The notes under the pieces: generated by a model
What the model was told of the DNA's origin: nothing
Seen by the model: the letters and a program-made list of their open reading frames with translations, nothing else
Databases searched by the model: none
NCBI RefSeq assembly: GCF_964204645.1
Contig: NC_134028.1
Coordinates: 25,106,345 to 25,170,344 of the forward strand
Length of the DNA stretch: 64,000 bases
DNA from: Tubulanus polymorphus
Lineage: Eukaryota > Animalia > Nemertea
Direction: 5' to 3'
Shown: positions 40,380-53,438 of the stretch, piece by piece
Layout of the letters: every line of letters starts with the position of its first letter
Position numbering within the stretch: position 1 is the stretch's first letter
Program-made: the position numbers and the translations under genes

Positions 40380-43300
40380 TCAGCGGCTTTTTACCTGTTC
40401 TTCCCAGCATACGAAAAGTCGCGTTCGAATTTCTTACTTCTTCGAAATTCTGAACTTTTAAAATCCACTATGAAATCTCGAAATCGGCAGACGTGGCAAT
40501 GAAATGCAACAGGCGGATTTTTATCCAGCTGGGATTGTTTTCATCGTCACGGCTGCAAGTAGTTAAAATGGTCGCTCATTTTGCGCGAAAAGGCTCATAT
40601 TAGGACCTTCATCATATATTATTTATTTTCCAATCAACGCAATGACCCGTATCCGAATGTACGTATAAATGAATGAACCATTTTTATATTCCCCTGAACC
40701 GTTCGCGTTTAAATATGTATATATTTTGCATGCGCCTCCGTTCGGAGTCAACACTAACTGTTCGCATTGATGATTTTCAATAATTCACAATTTCTGCCAT
40801 ACTTCATAAATTCCAATTTACGATCGTTCGTTGAAACCGCGTAGTATTGCTCTTATCAAACGGTGTAGAATGTATGATATTTTTGAATACCCGTCTCGTC
40901 TGCGGTTTATTTAATGCGCGGCTGTTGCGTGGTACACGCAGTTTGAATAGAGCATTTGAATAAACAATGGAATGCGGAAAAACAGTCGATAATTTTCATA
41001 TTTCAGCAGTGCGCATTCCCACACTGACGCATCGGCACAAATATTGCTCCAGCCCTGATGATAAATTCGTTTGCGGAAAAAAGGTCTAATATTTCACTAG
41101 AATGATCAGAATATTATGCCGGCCTTGCACTCTCTGTCGTCGATTAGGAGAACGTTATCTACCATTTTACGATGATTTAATAGCACTCCGTCTCCCACTC
41201 TGTATCGGCGCGTAGGCTCTTTACCGCTCTACGGAAAATCTACTCGATCATGCAGAAGTCCTACGTCGCCAGCCTTTCACCAAGTGCTATTTCCCTGTCT
41301 GCCTCCCGTTCTGTCGTGTGCGCAGCAGAACCTTCCTTATAGTTCCCCTGTCGTCAAAATATTCGTCGCTGCGAACTAGACACGGCGCGTAATCTGAGTT
41401 TTTTCTCGACGCGGTCGAGGTGTTCTTTTCATTCGTAGACCAGCAGGAGTCGGACTTCTAGCGGGACAAATCCAATCAATTCTCCATTAAACCCTCCACG
41501 TGTGTGCAGTTACATATCCGTTTGCAACCATAATGTTTACAAGCGACAGAGAAAATATACGAGTTCATATGAATTACATCGGACATAACGAGCAGCGTAT
41601 AAGCATTCGTTACCATGGAATTCAGGGACGAGTTGCTAGCACCCCGTATCGGGATTCAGATTCTACTCCACAAAGACCGTACATAATACATAACTATCGC
41701 TTTTCCAGCGAGAAAGCTCTTAATATTCATTCATTTATCCTGTCTAAAACTGATCAGTGAAGGTGAAACTGAAATGACAGCGCTTTGCTATAAATAAATG
41801 ATTCGCTGTCTCTGAAATTCATGTACCCAGTCAGACGACGTTTCCAGTCAAAGTAATTCAGTTAAAATCGATATGCATGTGCGGTGATATTAATTAATAA
41901 TGCCCGGGGTGTCGTCTGAATCTATACGTCGTGACCTTTACGCTCACAGCTGTCGGTTTGAATGAAGTAGCAATCATTAAAAAATCTTTTAGTGCATCGA
42001 TATTTCCAGGATATCTTTTACACAGAAAATGTCATATCTTTTATAACAGACCCGCTGGTTGAACTTAAAGAGTCATTATCAGCATTTGGTGACCTTGTAT
42101 GTGATATTTGGTGACCAAAATGTGATATTATCGTGCCGAATTCGGTTCCTTCAGAGTGTCGCTTTGATACATGGACTCCTTGTGTCCTTAAGTCCAGACA
42201 TTTATGATAGATATCAACCGCGCAGCCCTTTGAATAACGATAGCTAAATATCTGCTGTAAACTCGATGCTATCACGGCATATTACCACCAGAATATCAAT
42301 ATTAAATTCCCTTACGTAATGGACAATGACTGTGGTGATCATCACTTCTAATAGATAATGATACTTATCCGTCCTTAATTTTACAAATATTTCCATGTTT
42401 TTTTTGGTAGTATACCATGATTACATTCCGGTAGCAACGGCCGCGGCAATTAATTTCCGGCTGAGCTAACTTATTCAATATTTATTTTGATAATCACTGA
42501 TCGAAAACAGAGAAACTGAAATGGGGTACCGAGATCTCCTGGTATCTGCGATCAGAACCCTTCACGAAATACTGAAAAAATGTGACTAGATATTCCATTC
42601 ACCCTTTAAACATAGCGAAACCGATAAACATCTGAATCCACAAACAAATATGAAAGTGCCATTGCAAAACAAGAACATAAAACACTGAAACTGTAGACAT
42701 TACTCAATTAATGGTAAAAAGCTTTCCTTAAACGATGTTTTGAGGTATGTGCGTTTAAAAGTATCGACGGATTCCCGAATACAGTTTAACATTTCATCTC
42801 AGCGGGGCGTTATACTTCATTTAGAAAGTAGGCCAGCCTCTTCAGTGGTCTTCCAACTGCGTTCACTATTTGAGGAAATTTACGTGTCATTTTGTATAAT
42901 TAAGTTGGTTGGATTGCTGTCCTCCGAAAAGTGGATGTATATCGTACGGCTCGGGCATGCGACGGGCCCTCCGTGCTAAGGAATCAAGGAGAACTTGTCA
43001 CCCGGGCTCCTTGAGAGTAAATAACAAATACCTCGATACAAATAAGCGCTGTTAAAAACTAATTATTGTATGAAAAATTGGATTGTCATGGAGTATAGCG
43101 CCTGTTTTGTGAGTACCGGACAGATCCGGCGCGGGCCGCAGCCCCGCCGCCGTCATCGGCCCTGCGGGTACTAATTTTAAATGGGAGCTGTAGCCTATGT
43201 CCACTTAATACTTCTCAAATTTCCTTATAACGTTATAAAATATTTGTAATAATGTCTAATTTGTTTCGTTCGTAAAGTTTGTAGCTCTAGTGTGGAATTT

Positions 43301-43430
43301 GGTGTAATATAGCAATTTTGAATTGGACTTTGAATTCGTTATACATAGGGGCAGCACAAGACGGCTGTCGGAATCAGCGGTTAGTTTGTTGTTGCTTAAA
43401 AGTTGAATTTGGTCTAGAAATCAGAGTAAA

Positions 43431-44717
43431 ATGATGAGTAAATCTCGAAGATTGGGAAATCGGATGGGTGGACGTTCTCCAGAGGTTCGACCGGTTGGTG
43501 CCTGGGTACAACCTGAACTGAAACAAGACGATCAACAATATTTCGAAGCGGTGACCTCGGCGCAGGCCGAGGACGAACGTTTACAAAACATCCATCGTAA
43601 CAAACAGGAACACCTGCGACGATTTCAGGCCGAAGTGAAAAAACGCGTGAAGGTCATCGAAAATGCTCATAAAAAGCAACTAATCGAAAAGTCGTACCGA
43701 GCTATGAAGGCCGAACGAAATATACTTCGGCAAACCATGCAAGCATCGGAGAAAGTGATGGCGCGAAAAGATCGGTGCTGTCTGTGTAAAGACGATTCGA
43801 TGAAAATCACAACCGAAGAGAACGCGGCGGCGCCTCCGTTACCGGACGCCGTCCATAAACAGAAACGACAAGTTCGTCACGTTTCGACGCGGGCGCGAAA
43901 AACTTTGCTTACGAAGAAAATCATTCGCGGCGGCGACGAAAACGAGCGTAAATCAACCGATTTACCGGGCGGACCGTGGTGGACCTCGCCGACTAGAGAT
44001 CATCCGGCTCAACGGTCGGGCGAGATGTCGCGCGTCGAACGACTCGAGAATCGCGAGACTTTACCGGAAACGTACGAAAATCAACTACGCGTTCAGAACG
44101 AAGTGAAGAAAGTACATTTTAACGACGATAAACCGAAGAAAAAGAAACCGATTAAAGAAAAATCCGCGTCGCAGAAAGATGAGGTCGTCGTGAACGTACC
44201 GGAGTTGTATCCGGGCGTGGTCGGCGAACGAATGAAACAACAGAAGTCGTCCGAGCGCGCGATGTATCGTCGTCTGTTCATGGACATCGAACGCGAGCAA
44301 GTGAAAGAAATGAAAAAACGACGGAACCACCGCGAACGCGTCGTCGCGTTGAAAAAGTCGAAAGAAGACGAACGAAAACGTGCGGAAATCCGTGCGAATC
44401 GCGCGATCGAGCCGCGCGATCCGGTTACCGGGGAAACGGCGCACGAGATGCTACGAACCGAGGCGGAAGACGCGTCCGAACACGTCGCGGACGCGGGCGT
44501 TAAACAGATCGATAATCGGCGATACATCGACGCGCTGAAACATCGTGTACGCGAGCAGATCGAGAGTAAAGGTTTAGAGATACCGCTGTTGTGTACGTGT
44601 AATGGTTATTCTATATGGGATACCGATCCTGATCACTGCGCGAATAACTGTTACTTCTACAGAAATCATAAAGGATATACGAAGGCGCTGCAGACGTTGT
44701 TATCAACGCAAGTTTAA
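43431..44717 (+). CDS. CCDC15: Coiled-coil domain-containing protein 15 (centriolar), single coding exon
   Basis: 428-aa ORF with PVGAWVQP, YRRLFMDIEREQVKE, RYIDALK and C-terminal LCTC...WDTDPDHCANNCYFYRNHKGYTKAL motifs characteristic of CCDC15. Confidence 0.9.
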   Translation: MMSKSRRLGNRMGGRSPEVRPVGAWVQPELKQDDQQYFEAVTSAQAEDERLQNIHRNKQEHLRRFQAEVKKRVKVIENAHKKQLIEKSYRAMKAERNILRQTMQASEKVMARKDRCCLCKDDSMKITTEENAAAPPLPDAVHKQKRQVRHVSTRARKTLLTKKIIRGGDENERKSTDLPGGPWWTSPTRDHPAQRSGEMSRVERLENRETLPETYENQLRVQNEVKKVHFNDDKPKKKKPIKEKSASQKDEVVVNVPELYPGVVGERMKQQKSSERAMYRRLFMDIEREQVKEMKKRRNHRERVVALKKSKEDERKRAEIRANRAIEPRDPVTGETAHEMLRTEAEDASEHVADAGVKQIDNRRYIDALKHRVREQIESKGLEIPLLCTCNGYSIWDTDPDHCANNCYFYRNHKGYTKALQTLLSTQV

Positions 44718-44751
44718 GCGAATTATGCCGCAACGCGTCGTGACGAGTTGA

Positions 44752-45027
44752 AACCACTCTCAAACCTGGTGAACGGATGATAAGATAAAAACCCAATATC
44801 TACAGATTAAATAATTTATAAACAAGAATTTATTCATTCAATCTAAAATATATAGAATACACGACGTTTCGATCTCACCCTGGAGATCATCGTCAGGTGA
44901 CGTCACCTGACCCTGTCTCTAGGGTGAGATCGAAACATCGTGTATTCTATAGGCCTATATTGAATAAATAAATTCTTGTTTTTAAATTTCTTTTAATCTG
45001 TAGATAGTGGGTTCTATTCTTATTATC
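44752..45027. mobile_element. Palindromic Penelope-like non-autonomous element with two head-to-head hammerhead motifs
   Basis: ~125-bp inverted arms around a perfect 20-bp palindrome 44892-44911; same family as 38053-38259. Confidence 0.8.
44860..44899 (-). ncRNA. Minimal type I hammerhead ribozyme (intact core)
   Basis: Minus strand cac-CUGACGA-U-gaucuc[cagggu]gagauc-GAAA-C-GUC^gug: all core nucleotides, 6-bp stem II, palindromic ACGU helix III, 3-bp stem I. Confidence 0.75.
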
Positions 45028-45176
45028 AGAAACAAAGATTTACAGTGAACTCTTAATGTGACCTAACCAAGCTGAAATTTTATCCTGTTTTAAGTTTCTC
45101 CATATTTCGCAGCATCCTAGCTGGTGTTAATGAAAAATTTAAAAAAAAAATCCCATTACATGTAAAACTATTTATC

Positions 45177-45288
45177 TGGGTCCAGTTCCACAGTTCTGAG
45201 TTAAAATTTGACTCTGAGTTAACTCATTGAAAATGAACTAACTTTAACTCAGAGTTAACTCTAACTCACAACTGTGGAACCGGGTCCC
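45177..45288. mobile_element. Short Harbinger-like MITE (abundant family)
   Basis: TIR gggtccagttccacagtt / aactgtggaaccgggtccc; degenerate relatives near 1135, 11372, 11781, 21329-21436, 34610, 56005-56380. Confidence 0.7.
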
Positions 45289-46125
45289 GACTATCATAGC
45301 GTAATTGATTTAAGTAATATACATGATGAAATTATTTTTAGTGGAAAAGTATGATATTTTAATCTGATATAGTGAGGGTTAAGACAGTAAAACCAAAGTA
45401 TTCCGATGGTACACTTAACCCATAGTAATCTATAGGAATATGAAGTAATATCTAGTAATAATAAGTAAACAATAGTAATATATCGTAATATTAAGTAATT
45501 TAGTATCTAGTAGTATAGAGTTAAATGTCTAGTAATATAGAGTTTCATGTCTAGTAGTATGAAGAATAGTTATAAGTAATATGTAGTAAAATGAATGAAA
45601 TTATCTTTTTAATAAAGACTTTAAAGCTACTTTTTGATAGAAATGATCCATATTTATTTTGTTCAATTTTTGATTTTGTCCAAGTCTGCCTACAGGGTCA
45701 AGGTTGTTGTGATGGTTTGACAAATGATGATGATCGGTACACCTCTCCCTGTGAAACGGTATCGATATACCCGGTTGGAATCTAAAGTATCCCTGTTTTC
45801 TCCCTTTTTATTCGGGACACTGAGAATCAATATCAATAAAGACTGACATGGGACAGCCCTTTTTATTCTCTATACATGTACAGCACTTGTAGAATTTTGA
45901 ATCTGTAAATACGCTGGGTTCAAACCCTGGACACCGACCCCCTGATAGTAATACAATAACCCTTGCCAAACTCGGACAAACTGGAACCAGGTTTTCTGTA
46001 GTATTACGCCTCATAATTTGGCCATGCATCCTCTCTCTCTCTTCCTATATAAGAAGTCAGAACAAAGAAACGAATGTAAGACAATTTCATTGAAACGCTC
46101 AACAATACTAAGCTGTATTTTTGTA

Positions 46126-49100
46126 TCAACTATTTGGTAAATAAACACGATTTGTCGAGACGTCTTCAGTTCGGTGGCTTCGTAAATCAGGATACGGTAT
46201 TTCATCGCTTTCGATTTCCGTCGATAACAGCCACGATTTGTAGAATATGAGAAATTCTTCTAATTCTGTGTTAAATCTGGGATTCTGCGCATACGCTGGA
46301 ATCGATTCACCGCGATCCTGAAAACAAAACAGAAGATTTTAACATCTATCTTCATACTTAAGTATAGATTCATACTAAAATAGTGAATATCTAAAGGACA
46401 TGGGTCAGGGCTGCAGATTGATAGCATTTTGATTCACAAAAAACTTGAGTTGAACTTTTTCCTGAAACACCAGCTGCGTTAGGGGTCATTCATTTATTAC
46501 GTACGCATTAGGGGAGGGGGGAGGGGGTCAGTGCAATTGCGTACTGTAATGCTTAATGTATATGAAAAAATGGCCGATTTTGCGTACAGAGGGGGAGGGG
46601 GGTTGAAAATTTCGAATTTTATGCGTACGTAATAAACGAATGATCCCTTACCTTTTTCAACATGAGATCTTTTGCGTATTTGACCTGGCGTTCGATGTGA
46701 TGGAGGCTTTTCGTGCCCGGTTTAATAAACTCTTGTTGCATGCTGTGACAGAGTTTCAATTTGTAGCCGAAATCCATGTTCGAAACGTGCAAAAGATGTC
46801 CATAGATTTCAGACGTTATTTGAAAATTGGCTTTCTGAAAAAAGTAGAACGCATTCAATTTTGATTACTTTTTCAGTCAATTGGTATCAAGAATTAAATC
46901 TAGTTGGCACCCTTGATCCCGATTGGATAAATTTTTGCCCAAGTCATCCTCACTTGCCAGGGTTTGAATGCATCATGCCAACACAAATCACGACGAGTTC
47001 GTTCATTAGTTTATTACGCTCTCAACATTTCTTCAGCGGATAGGTTACCACCAGTCTATCTAGCCAATCAGATTATTGATATAGCGAATCTGCCAGTGAA
47101 AAACAATGCATCTGATTGGCTTTATCCATAGACTGGTGGCCACTGAGCAGCATCCTGTCCGCCCAAGAAATCTTGTGCGGTGTAATAGACCAATGAAGGG
47201 TTAGCAGCAAGGGTTTGTGTTTGTGTGAGCCTCAGCTGTGGTTGCAACAGCTCAGAGATTATGAATGGAACTCAATTAACAATCCTTTGCAATGATTCTA
47301 AAGAATTCTACTAAGTGTTCTTATTAAGAGATATTACGACTTCAAATCATTTGAGTTAAGAAGAATCTACTGTTCTAATCAGATGAGAAAAGTTGAAATG
47401 AATACCTTGATATCTTGAATGAACTGTAAACCATCTTTACGTTGACTACAGGTTAAAGCTAGGATTCCGTACGTTCGGAAATTCGGCGTCAATTTGTGTA
47501 AAGTCAATGATTTGAACATTGCCTGAAATAAAACACGAGAAAATATAGATGACTACTTAAATATTGATGAAATATCCCATGGCTATCTAAATCAAAGGTG
47601 AGACGTTTTCATTCGTCAACCATCTGACTCCTTTCAAAGGGTCCCTACAGGTAAAACTGTAAAAGTTAAGACGTAGTTTACTGTACAACTACAAAAATTT
47701 CCAATTGCCTATTTCTCAAAATTGAAGAAATTTTAAAGGAATTTTTGAGCATTTTGTTCAAATCAAAGGAGTTTCAAGCATCTCAAAAAATATTTTTTGT
47801 TTTTAGGTTTTTAAGGAATCGCGGAGTCGTAGGGACCCTGTTTAGGAATCAAGCTCACTCAGTCAGTAACTAACCTGAGCTCCGACGAGGTCTTTACGAT
47901 AAACGCGACGTTTCATCATCAAGTTCACGAAATCTGTGTCTCGGCGAACGCCTTCTCGATCCATCACCGCCTCGAGCGCCGTCTCCGCCTCCGTCGTCGA
48001 CGGTATTATATCCATCATCTGAGTCATCGTTTTGATATCGGGCTGAACATTATCTTTACGCATGTGACTCAGTAACGCGTCGACACCGCCGATCAGAGCC
48101 AGACGATCGCCGCTCGTCGCGATCTCCGCGAATCCGACGATACCTCGAAAATCCGGCCGCGGACTGAGAATATTCGGCGTGTTGCGGTATCGCGCGTGTT
48201 CGTCGTAAATGTAAACGCCGCGGTTTTCTGAATTCTCTTCGGCGGTCGTCGTTTTTAAATCTTTTTCGTCAGTCTGATTTTTAGCAGTGCCCTCGAAGCC
48301 GATCTGCCACCAGTATTGATCGCTATTAGTATTAACACTGCTGCTCAGCTGGGGTCGGTTCTCCCCAGTCGGCTCGCGCTCCCCGGCACCGCCGGCTTCT
48401 AATTGTTTCAAGCGTTTTTTCCCGAGGAGTTGTCGCGCCGATTCGGCTGAACCGACGCCGCAGTCGCGGATCGCGCGTACCAATAAGTTGTAGTGGAATA
48501 TACGCGGAGTAATTCCTTTGAGTCGCATCAATCGCCAAACCTGCAAAACAACCAGCATTAGACGATTTGAAAATACAACTTTACTGGAGTCAAGATGTGC
48601 ATTAACATAAACTACTGCGGCAATAGAGGATTCCATCTGTGGCAAGCGGTGATCCACTGGTGTCACTAGTAGTCCAGCCCAGTTCTTTGTTCTTCAATTT
48701 TTCCATTAAAAAAATTCAACTTTCTGCTAAAATCAAGTACCGGGTATCAATGAAAACTATACCAAACTCAGACGATGCAAGACCAACTTTAAGTTAAAGA
48801 AGTTAAACACAAATTATTGTACCTCAATTGCGCGTTTGAATCCAGTTTCTTTATCGGAGATACAAGCTATCAACAACATAGCGTAGCAATCAGCATCCGG
48901 CCTGTAACCAGTTTTAATCAGTTCAGAAATCAACGCGAAAGACGTCTCTACCTCACCGTGAATTGCATAAGCTGAAAAATTTACAACAAATTCTTCTCTT
49001 CGATATCGACAACGATTATTTAACCCTTTCAGTGCTGACTAATTAATACCCTATAGTGCTGGAGATGATTTGAAAATTTTGAAAAATTCCACCCCAGTGT

Positions 49101-51844
49101 GTTGAATAACGGGAATACCACTATAGTGCGTCTACACTGCAGCGCGGAGTATCGTTAGTTACTAATATTTCACTATGTTTGACAGGTGCTGCCATCTTTC
49201 AATAGTGATAAAAACTAATTACATCAATACACCGCAGTGCGGTGTACTAGCAAAATCCATCACAGATTCATACACCGCACTGCGGTGTAGACGCACTGTA
49301 AATGTTAACAGTATGTAAGAATGATCAGCTATTCGTCAAAGCAATGACGTGAGATCTGAAAATACGAGATCAATGACGTACCTTTGATCATAGCTTTATA
49401 AGTGAGAAAAGCGGGAACGATGTTTTTCTCGGACATGTGTCGTCTGAGATAGTCAGCGCGCTGGATCGCGTCGGACTTCACGGGTGAATTCGCGCACGCG
49501 TTGAATAACGATGAAAACACGTAATCGTTCGGCTTCAATCCGTATTCCTTCATCTGAAACCAGATAATATAATCAATACTTATTGGGACTAAACGTAATG
49601 CGTAAGTCAGATTGTTGTAGGTTGGATGATGCTATATCAGAGGACAACATTGTTAGATCTGGATTTCTCATCAGATTTTCAAATAAATTTCTGTCCCTAA
49701 GTTGGACTTGGCAAGTTGCAGACAAGCAATCATATCCCACCCACCAATTGCTGCTGCGCTGATCCAGGATTTTAGATCGAGACGTATTCAGGTAGGCCTC
49801 ATAAGTAAGTGAAAATTCAGTGTTTTTAATGTCCGTAATAAACCATAAGAAATGTACATTCACAGTACGTACTTTAAAGAATAATTCTATGGCTAGTTTC
49901 AGATGTCCCGATTTACCGAGTCCGGTAATTACGACGGCGTACGCGAAAACAGTCGGTTTCACGCGATCTTTCGCAATCATCTGTTCTTCGAGCAAATCCA
50001 ACGCTGTGACCACCTGAAAATATGGATAGCGAGAAAAAGTAACTTTCCAAGTCTGGCCTTTTTGGTGATTATTCATCCGGATTCAAGGAGAAGTTGTACC
50101 CTTGAAAATTCTAGCTAGGTCAACTAAAATATTTTATCCCAAGTGCTTAGTGCTGGATCAAAACTTATTAAACTCAGCAAATACAAGACTGGAGCCGCCC
50201 TCATTTTCCTCTCCTTCGATACAATACTGGAGCCAGCCTCATCAACATCAAACACATACTGAAATGGAGCCACCCTTATTTACCTCTCCTTTGTTACACA
50301 GTTTTAGTATTCTTCGATCGTACCAGTTTTGAGTGTGTACGCGACCGGTTTTAGACAATCGGATGTGATGAGGGATTTCATCATCCTCTTCCGACGTTCT
50401 GCAACCAAAAAATAAACATAAATATTCAGAAGTCGATCAGCGTCTTGAATTAAAATCACTTAAACGACTTTACTCTGGTAGGTAGAGACATGCATCAAGC
50501 CTTTCAACGGATACTGCCATCTCGATCATACAATAGTGATGTCATCATCAGACGTAGTCAGTAACCGGTCTATGGTTTCGGTCATCCTTATTACCGAGAT
50601 GACGTATTTTACCGAGATGAACCGAGATCAACATGAAATATAACATATTTATTCATACATATCGATTTAAACCATTGAAATCATATTATATCAGTAATAA
50701 ATGCCTGCTGGAGTCATATTTTACATATTTCGTCGGATATTTTTGTAGGAAAATAACTTTTAACTTAACCGAGATGAGATCGTTGATCAATCGAATTCAA
50801 TGAAATTTTATTGCTAACCAAGTTTACGTATTTGAAGTCAAAATTTTTCTAAATAAAAAAATATGTAAAATATGATTCTAGAAGGTATTTATTACTGATA
50901 TAACATGATTTCAAGTGTTAAAATCGATAAGGAATGAATAAATATGTAATATTTAATTTCATCTCGGTTCATCTCAGTAAAATAGGTCATCTCGGTAATA
51001 AGGATGACCCTATGGTTTAGTTTGGATATTTTTACACCCATCTGATTATAAAAGCTTACCACGAACGATAAGGAAACTAAACTACATCACTAGGGATTCC
51101 CTCCTGTTGCTTTTTCTGCTGGCAGGAGGTCTAGTTTCTCGATCGGATATTTTCACATCAAGCCCATCAGGTTTTCAAAGCAAGGACCAATGATTAGGTA
51201 ACTAACAAAGCCGAGACTAACTTCAATGCTTGTGTACAGTAGATGGCTCCTTATTCGGGACCAAGTCCGGAAAAGTTGGCGAATTTGAATAAATCTGACA
51301 ACAAATACCTTTTCGCTTGATCTTGAAGACGCTTGTGAACTTTAGGATCAAGCGTTCCGAACACATCCGCCGACAACGACAACGACCTGCTTTTAGTGAA
51401 TTCCGAACCCGCGTCTCGTTCGTCGTAAAAAGCGTCCTGACTCTGTTCGTATACTTCCTTCGCTTGTAAATAATCGTCCTGCCATGATTCCGTATTCGTC
51501 TTCGAAATACGGTATTTATCGAGAATACTTTTATCCGGCCGAGCTTTTTCGGTATTTTCACTAATTACACTTTGTTTCCTCGCGGCGTTACGAGTTACTT
51601 GTCTATTCTGTTTTTTCTGCTGCTGCTGCTTTTGGCTATTTTTATCTTCGTTAAATTTCGAATCTCTGAATTTCGGATCGAGCTCGCCGAAAGTATCAAC
51701 ACTCGTTGAACTTGAAGAGCATAGTCTCTCATTCACAGATCGGGTTGTTGTCGCTGGTGGCAGTAACTGCCGCAGCGTCCTATACCTCGAATAAACACCA
51801 ACTCTCAAATTCAGTAAAGCAATCCCTCTCGATATTTTCAACAT
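46126..51844 (-). CDS. PTCD1: Pentatricopeptide repeat-containing protein 1, mitochondrial (9 exons)
   Basis: Approximate exons 51844-51309,50398-50284,50013-49873,49553-49382,48971-48823,48540-47875,47522-47406,46833-46652,46317-46126; basic N-terminal presequence; PPR repeats (MIAKDRVKP, MKEYGLKPNDYVFSSLFNACANSP, CISDKETGFKRAIEVWRLM, YNLLVRAIRDCG, DRLALIGG) matching PTCD1. Confidence 0.9.
46482..46647. mobile_element. PIF/Harbinger-like MITE at a PTCD1 splice donor
   Basis: TIR ggggtcattcatttattacgtacgca / tgcgtacgtaataaacgaatgatccc; TTA TSD at 46479-81 and 46648-50. Confidence 0.85.
49024..49304. mobile_element. piggyBac-like MITE, copy 2 (more diverged)
   Basis: TTAA on both flanks; left TIR ccctttcagtgc, right TIR degenerate gcactgtaaatg. 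Confidence 0.88.
50579..51010. mobile_element. Long-TIR (foldback) non-autonomous DNA transposon with 8-bp TSD (MULE/Merlin-like)
   Basis: TIRs ggtcatccttattaccgagatgac.../...gtcatctcggtaataaggatgacc extending most of the element, subterminal accgagat repeats; TSD tatggttt at 50571-78 and 51011-18. Confidence 0.85.
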
Positions 51845-52134
51845 AATTGCAGCTCTTTCGCAGCTTTTACATTTTACAAAGCACGTTATTTGTTTCAATT
51901 CAATTCAATCAATTGATTCGTTATTTCCGGGTCCACACGACCTTCGGATAGTCCTAAATACTAAGCAAAACAGACCGAACCTCCTAACTCGGATCTTTAC
52001 CCACGAAACCCATTAAGGACGAGAATGAGCTATTTAAAAGGTGGTTTCATTATTCGTTAATTAAAAACTAAAGGTCCGTGTTTCTTTGAGCTATCGAGGG
52101 TTTGCCGTAGTAGATCCTGGTCGGGATCATCGAA

Positions 52135-52146
52135 TAAAATGGCGGC
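52135..52146 (+). promoter_or_regulatory. YY1-like motif in the PTCD1 upstream region
   Basis: aaaatggcggc matches the YY1 consensus ~290 bp upstream of the PTCD1 ATG; motif only. Confidence 0.35.
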
Positions 52147-53150
52147 TCTTTCAACTGAGGAAAATATTGCTTATCCGAATCGTACACCACCACACAAACT
52201 AAGAACAACAAAACTTTCATTTAAGCTACATAGTTTTCATATTTATTATCCAACCGTGTTTATGTACACCCTATGTGTATCACTAGTGCATCGGAAAACT
52301 CTCAACTTTCAGTCAAAACTCATCACATCAATCTAACCTCTATAATTTGGCACAAACTCTGGAAATCCAAGCAAAGCCATCTATAAAACTAGGTTCATTC
52401 GACCTAGATTCTAACTTATAGAACACTCATTTTGACTCGAAACCGCTTTTAGCTTTTAATAAGCCTGTCAAATGTCAATTTTCATATTTTTTATAGGGAT
52501 CAGATAAATCAGTAGGCCATCCCCAAAAAAGTATTTTTCTTATGAAAGAATCTCGAAATAACAATTCAAAAGAAATTTTCAACCTCGCTTAAAATATCAT
52601 CACATAAGTTTTAAGCATCACTTGAGTCATCTATTTTTGAGTCCCACAGTTTGCATTTTCAATTCAACAGTGTTAGTCGTCACTTAGATACACCTGGGAC
52701 ATCATAGCAGACAAATTGAGACATTTCAAGCAAAGTTAACTGTACTTTGAATTCACAACCTTCAAGAGAAGACATAAATTGCGGATGAAAACTATTGATC
52801 AAATTGTGAAGTTGATATTCGAATATATAACTGAATATGAGTTTCAGATCATCAACAAAAACAACCAATATTCAACACGCATAACTTAACATCATTTAGC
52901 AGATACCGAGTTTAAGACGAAGTCATATGAAATTCATACGCAATCCATTTTTTCTAAAACAAACATTAGACCCTAACATTATTTACACAATACAATAACT
53001 CGATTATTATCACGCCATAAAATGCATTCATTTGTTTATATTTGCGTTATATTTAATATCAACGCCACATCAGTGCAACCGGTTGAATTCTGTCACCATG
53101 CATGTATTTAATGATATAGTAATGCAGGTATCAATCTGCTGTCAGGTTAA

Positions 53151-53438
53151 CCCTTTCAGTGCTGACTAATTAATACCCTATAGTGCTGGAGAAAATTTGA
53201 AAATTCTAAAAAATTCCACCCTAGTGCGTTGAACAATGGGAATACCACTATAGTGCGTCTACACCGCAGTGCGGTGTATCGTTAGTTACTAGTATTTCAC
53301 TATGTTTGACACTTTCTGCCATTTTTCAATAGAGATAATTACAAATTACTATTTACATCAATACACCGCAGTGCGGTGTTCTAGCAAAATCCATCACTGA
53401 TTTATACACCGCACTGCCGTGTAGACGCACTGAAAGGG
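53151..53438. mobile_element. piggyBac-like MITE (288 bp), copy 3
   Basis: Perfect TTAA|CCC...GGG|TTAA with 12-bp TIR ccctttcagtgc. Confidence 0.93.

Noticed and set aside
44085-44527. Antisense ORFs within CCDC15 (and similar ones in the GPCR, PTCD1 and Miro)
   Set aside because: Shadow ORFs caused by codon bias of real exons.
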